The translations under genes and the position numbers were made by a program. From Candidatus Nanopusillus sp. (GTDB lineage: Archaea; Nanobdellota; Nanobdellia; Nanobdellales; Nanobdellaceae), in assembly GCA_046536775.1 (NCBI GenBank), contig JAWDMD010000004.1, forward strand, positions 1-26,058: a stretch of 26,058 nt of DNA, read 5' to 3'. The notes beneath the pieces were generated by a model. The model searched no databases, was not told where the DNA came from, and was given only the letters and a program-made list of their open reading frames with translations. Shown piece after piece: positions 25,012 to 26,058 of this stretch. Within the stretch, counting starts at the first letter, position 1. Every line of letters starts with the position of its first letter.

Positions 25012-26058
25012 ATGAAAAGAGATCAATTAAATTTACTTTCAATAGTAATAATATTAGTAGTTATATCATTATCTTTCCTAATATATTATCAATATTCTTC
25101 TAATGTTAAAAGGGAACAAGAAAAATATATATTTGAAAATTTTATTAACAGTTTACAGAATTTAGAGAATACAATAAATAGTATTCAAGGCACTTATTAT
25201 GTAAAAGTTGATATACCAAGTGGAGTTATATTATATACAAATAGTACAGAATTAATAATACAATATAATAACAATAATTATACAATTAATTTTTACAAGA
25301 ATGTAACATTGTATAATAATAATCAAAACGTGAGTTTTTTATATCCAAACAATTATATATATCTTGTTAGTACAAATAATACTATTTTTATTACAACAAA
25401 TTTTCAGAATTCAATTACTGTATTTAATCAATATTTACCTAATGGATCTCTTATAATTATAAATCCCGAAAATAATCAAAACAATAACAACAATGGAGGA
25501 AATAATAATATTAACTCAAATTCTCAATGTTTAGTTAACTATACTGGACAAACAAGCTTTTTCTGGGGTGATGTAAATGGTAATAATTATTTACCTCCAA
25601 TAGGAGACCAGGGAAATTGCGGAGATTGTTGGGCTTTTGCTAGCGCAAACGGAATTGCTTCAGTATATATGATAAGAAATAATGAATCTAATTATGGATT
25701 ACAATTATCCCCAGCATATTTAGCGATAGAATGCAATAAGGGTTATCAAAATAATCAACCAGAGTGTAGCTCTGAAGAAGGATGCAATGGTGGTTGGCCA
25801 TATTATGGTATAGTATTTACATCTCAAAATGGCATACCGCCAGATCCTGGATGGAGCAATTATGATTCTACTTTATATGGATGCCCAGGAAATGGTTTTA
25901 GTTATCCGGGCGATGTGTGTAATTATAATTATAATGGACCCACTTCTCCATTATATTATCCAGAGGGTGTTATAGATCTTGAGGAAAATGGACCTTTATC
26001 AGATCAACAAATAATTCAAGATTTATTATGTTATGGACCTTTAGTAGCTGCTGGAATG
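25012..26058 (+). CDS. papain-family (C1) cysteine peptidase with N-terminal pilin-like anchor domain (3' end beyond window)
   Basis: Not in the ORF track because it runs off the window. My own translation from the ATG at 25012 is open for 349 codons. It has four parts: an anchor (MKRDQLNLLSIVIILVVISLSFLIYY); a beta-rich region of about 130 aa; an Asn-rich linker (NPENNQNNNNNGGNNNINSNS); and a C1 domain. The C1 domain reads FFWGDVNGNNYLPPIGDQGNCGDCWAFASANGIAS (catalytic Cys codon 25627-25629), GCNGGW and GPLVAAG. Confidence 0.8.
   Translation, partial: MKRDQLNLLSIVIILVVISLSFLIYYQYSSNVKREQEKYIFENFINSLQNLENTINSIQGTYYVKVDIPSGVILYTNSTELIIQYNNNNYTINFYKNVTLYNNNQNVSFLYPNNYIYLVSTNNTIFITTNFQNSITVFNQYLPNGSLIIINPENNQNNNNNGGNNNINSNSQCLVNYTGQTSFFWGDVNGNNYLPPIGDQGNCGDCWAFASANGIASVYMIRNNESNYGLQLSPAYLAIECNKGYQNNQPECSSEEGCNGGWPYYGIVFTSQNGIPPDPGWSNYDSTLYGCPGNGFSYPGDVCNYNYNGPTSPLYYPEGVIDLEENGPLSDQQIIQDLLCYGPLVAAGM

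Noticed and set aside
24719-25042. 107-aa minus-strand ORF overlapping the fourth small protein and the protease start
   Set aside because: It is antisense to two same-strand, translationally organised genes and is low complexity. The plus-strand frames carry the conserved anchor and Cys architecture.
1-26058. CRISPR arrays, rRNA genes, inteins, programmed frameshifts or stop-codon reassignment
   Set aside because: No regularly spaced repeats were seen. Apart from the short P0 and cydB noted in the findings, the conserved proteins have normal lengths and contiguous motifs under the standard code. No intein-sized insertions interrupt the RNAP subunits, FtsZ or ribosomal proteins.

Overview
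The window is very AT-rich archaeal chromosome with Asn/Ile/Lys/Tyr-rich proteins. RNA polymerase is split into B''/B' and A'/A''. I saw no Shine-Dalgarno motifs, and TATA-like boxes sit roughly 20-35 nt upstream of several start codons. These traits, plus several broken universal gene strings, suggest a reduced, possibly DPANN-like lineage, but lineage cannot be proven from this window. All protein calls rest on motif recognition by eye; no homology search was possible.

The core of the window is information-processing genes:
- tRNA-Lys(CUU), an FKBP-type PPIase and ftsZ.
- An inverted secE-spt5 pair, followed by L11, L1 and P0.
- A 12.5-kb minus-strand run: rpoH-rpoB''-rpoB'-rpoA'-rpoA''-L30e-S12-[membrane protein]-S7-pdaD-cydA-cydB.

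Between the two blocks lies a wedge with a solo AbiEii-like nucleotidyltransferase, a C/D box sRNA next to a GC-rich hairpin, and a XerA-type recombinase.

The most unusual region is 20634-26058. It is a tightly coupled operon with three kinds of gene:
- a 12-cysteine pilin-like protein;
- a FlaJ/TadC-like polytopic platform protein;
- four paralogous small N-anchored cysteine-paired proteins, then a papain-family protease behind a pilin-like N-terminal anchor.

No secretion ATPase or prepilin peptidase is present in cis. I propose it as a candidate novel surface-filament or protease-display module.
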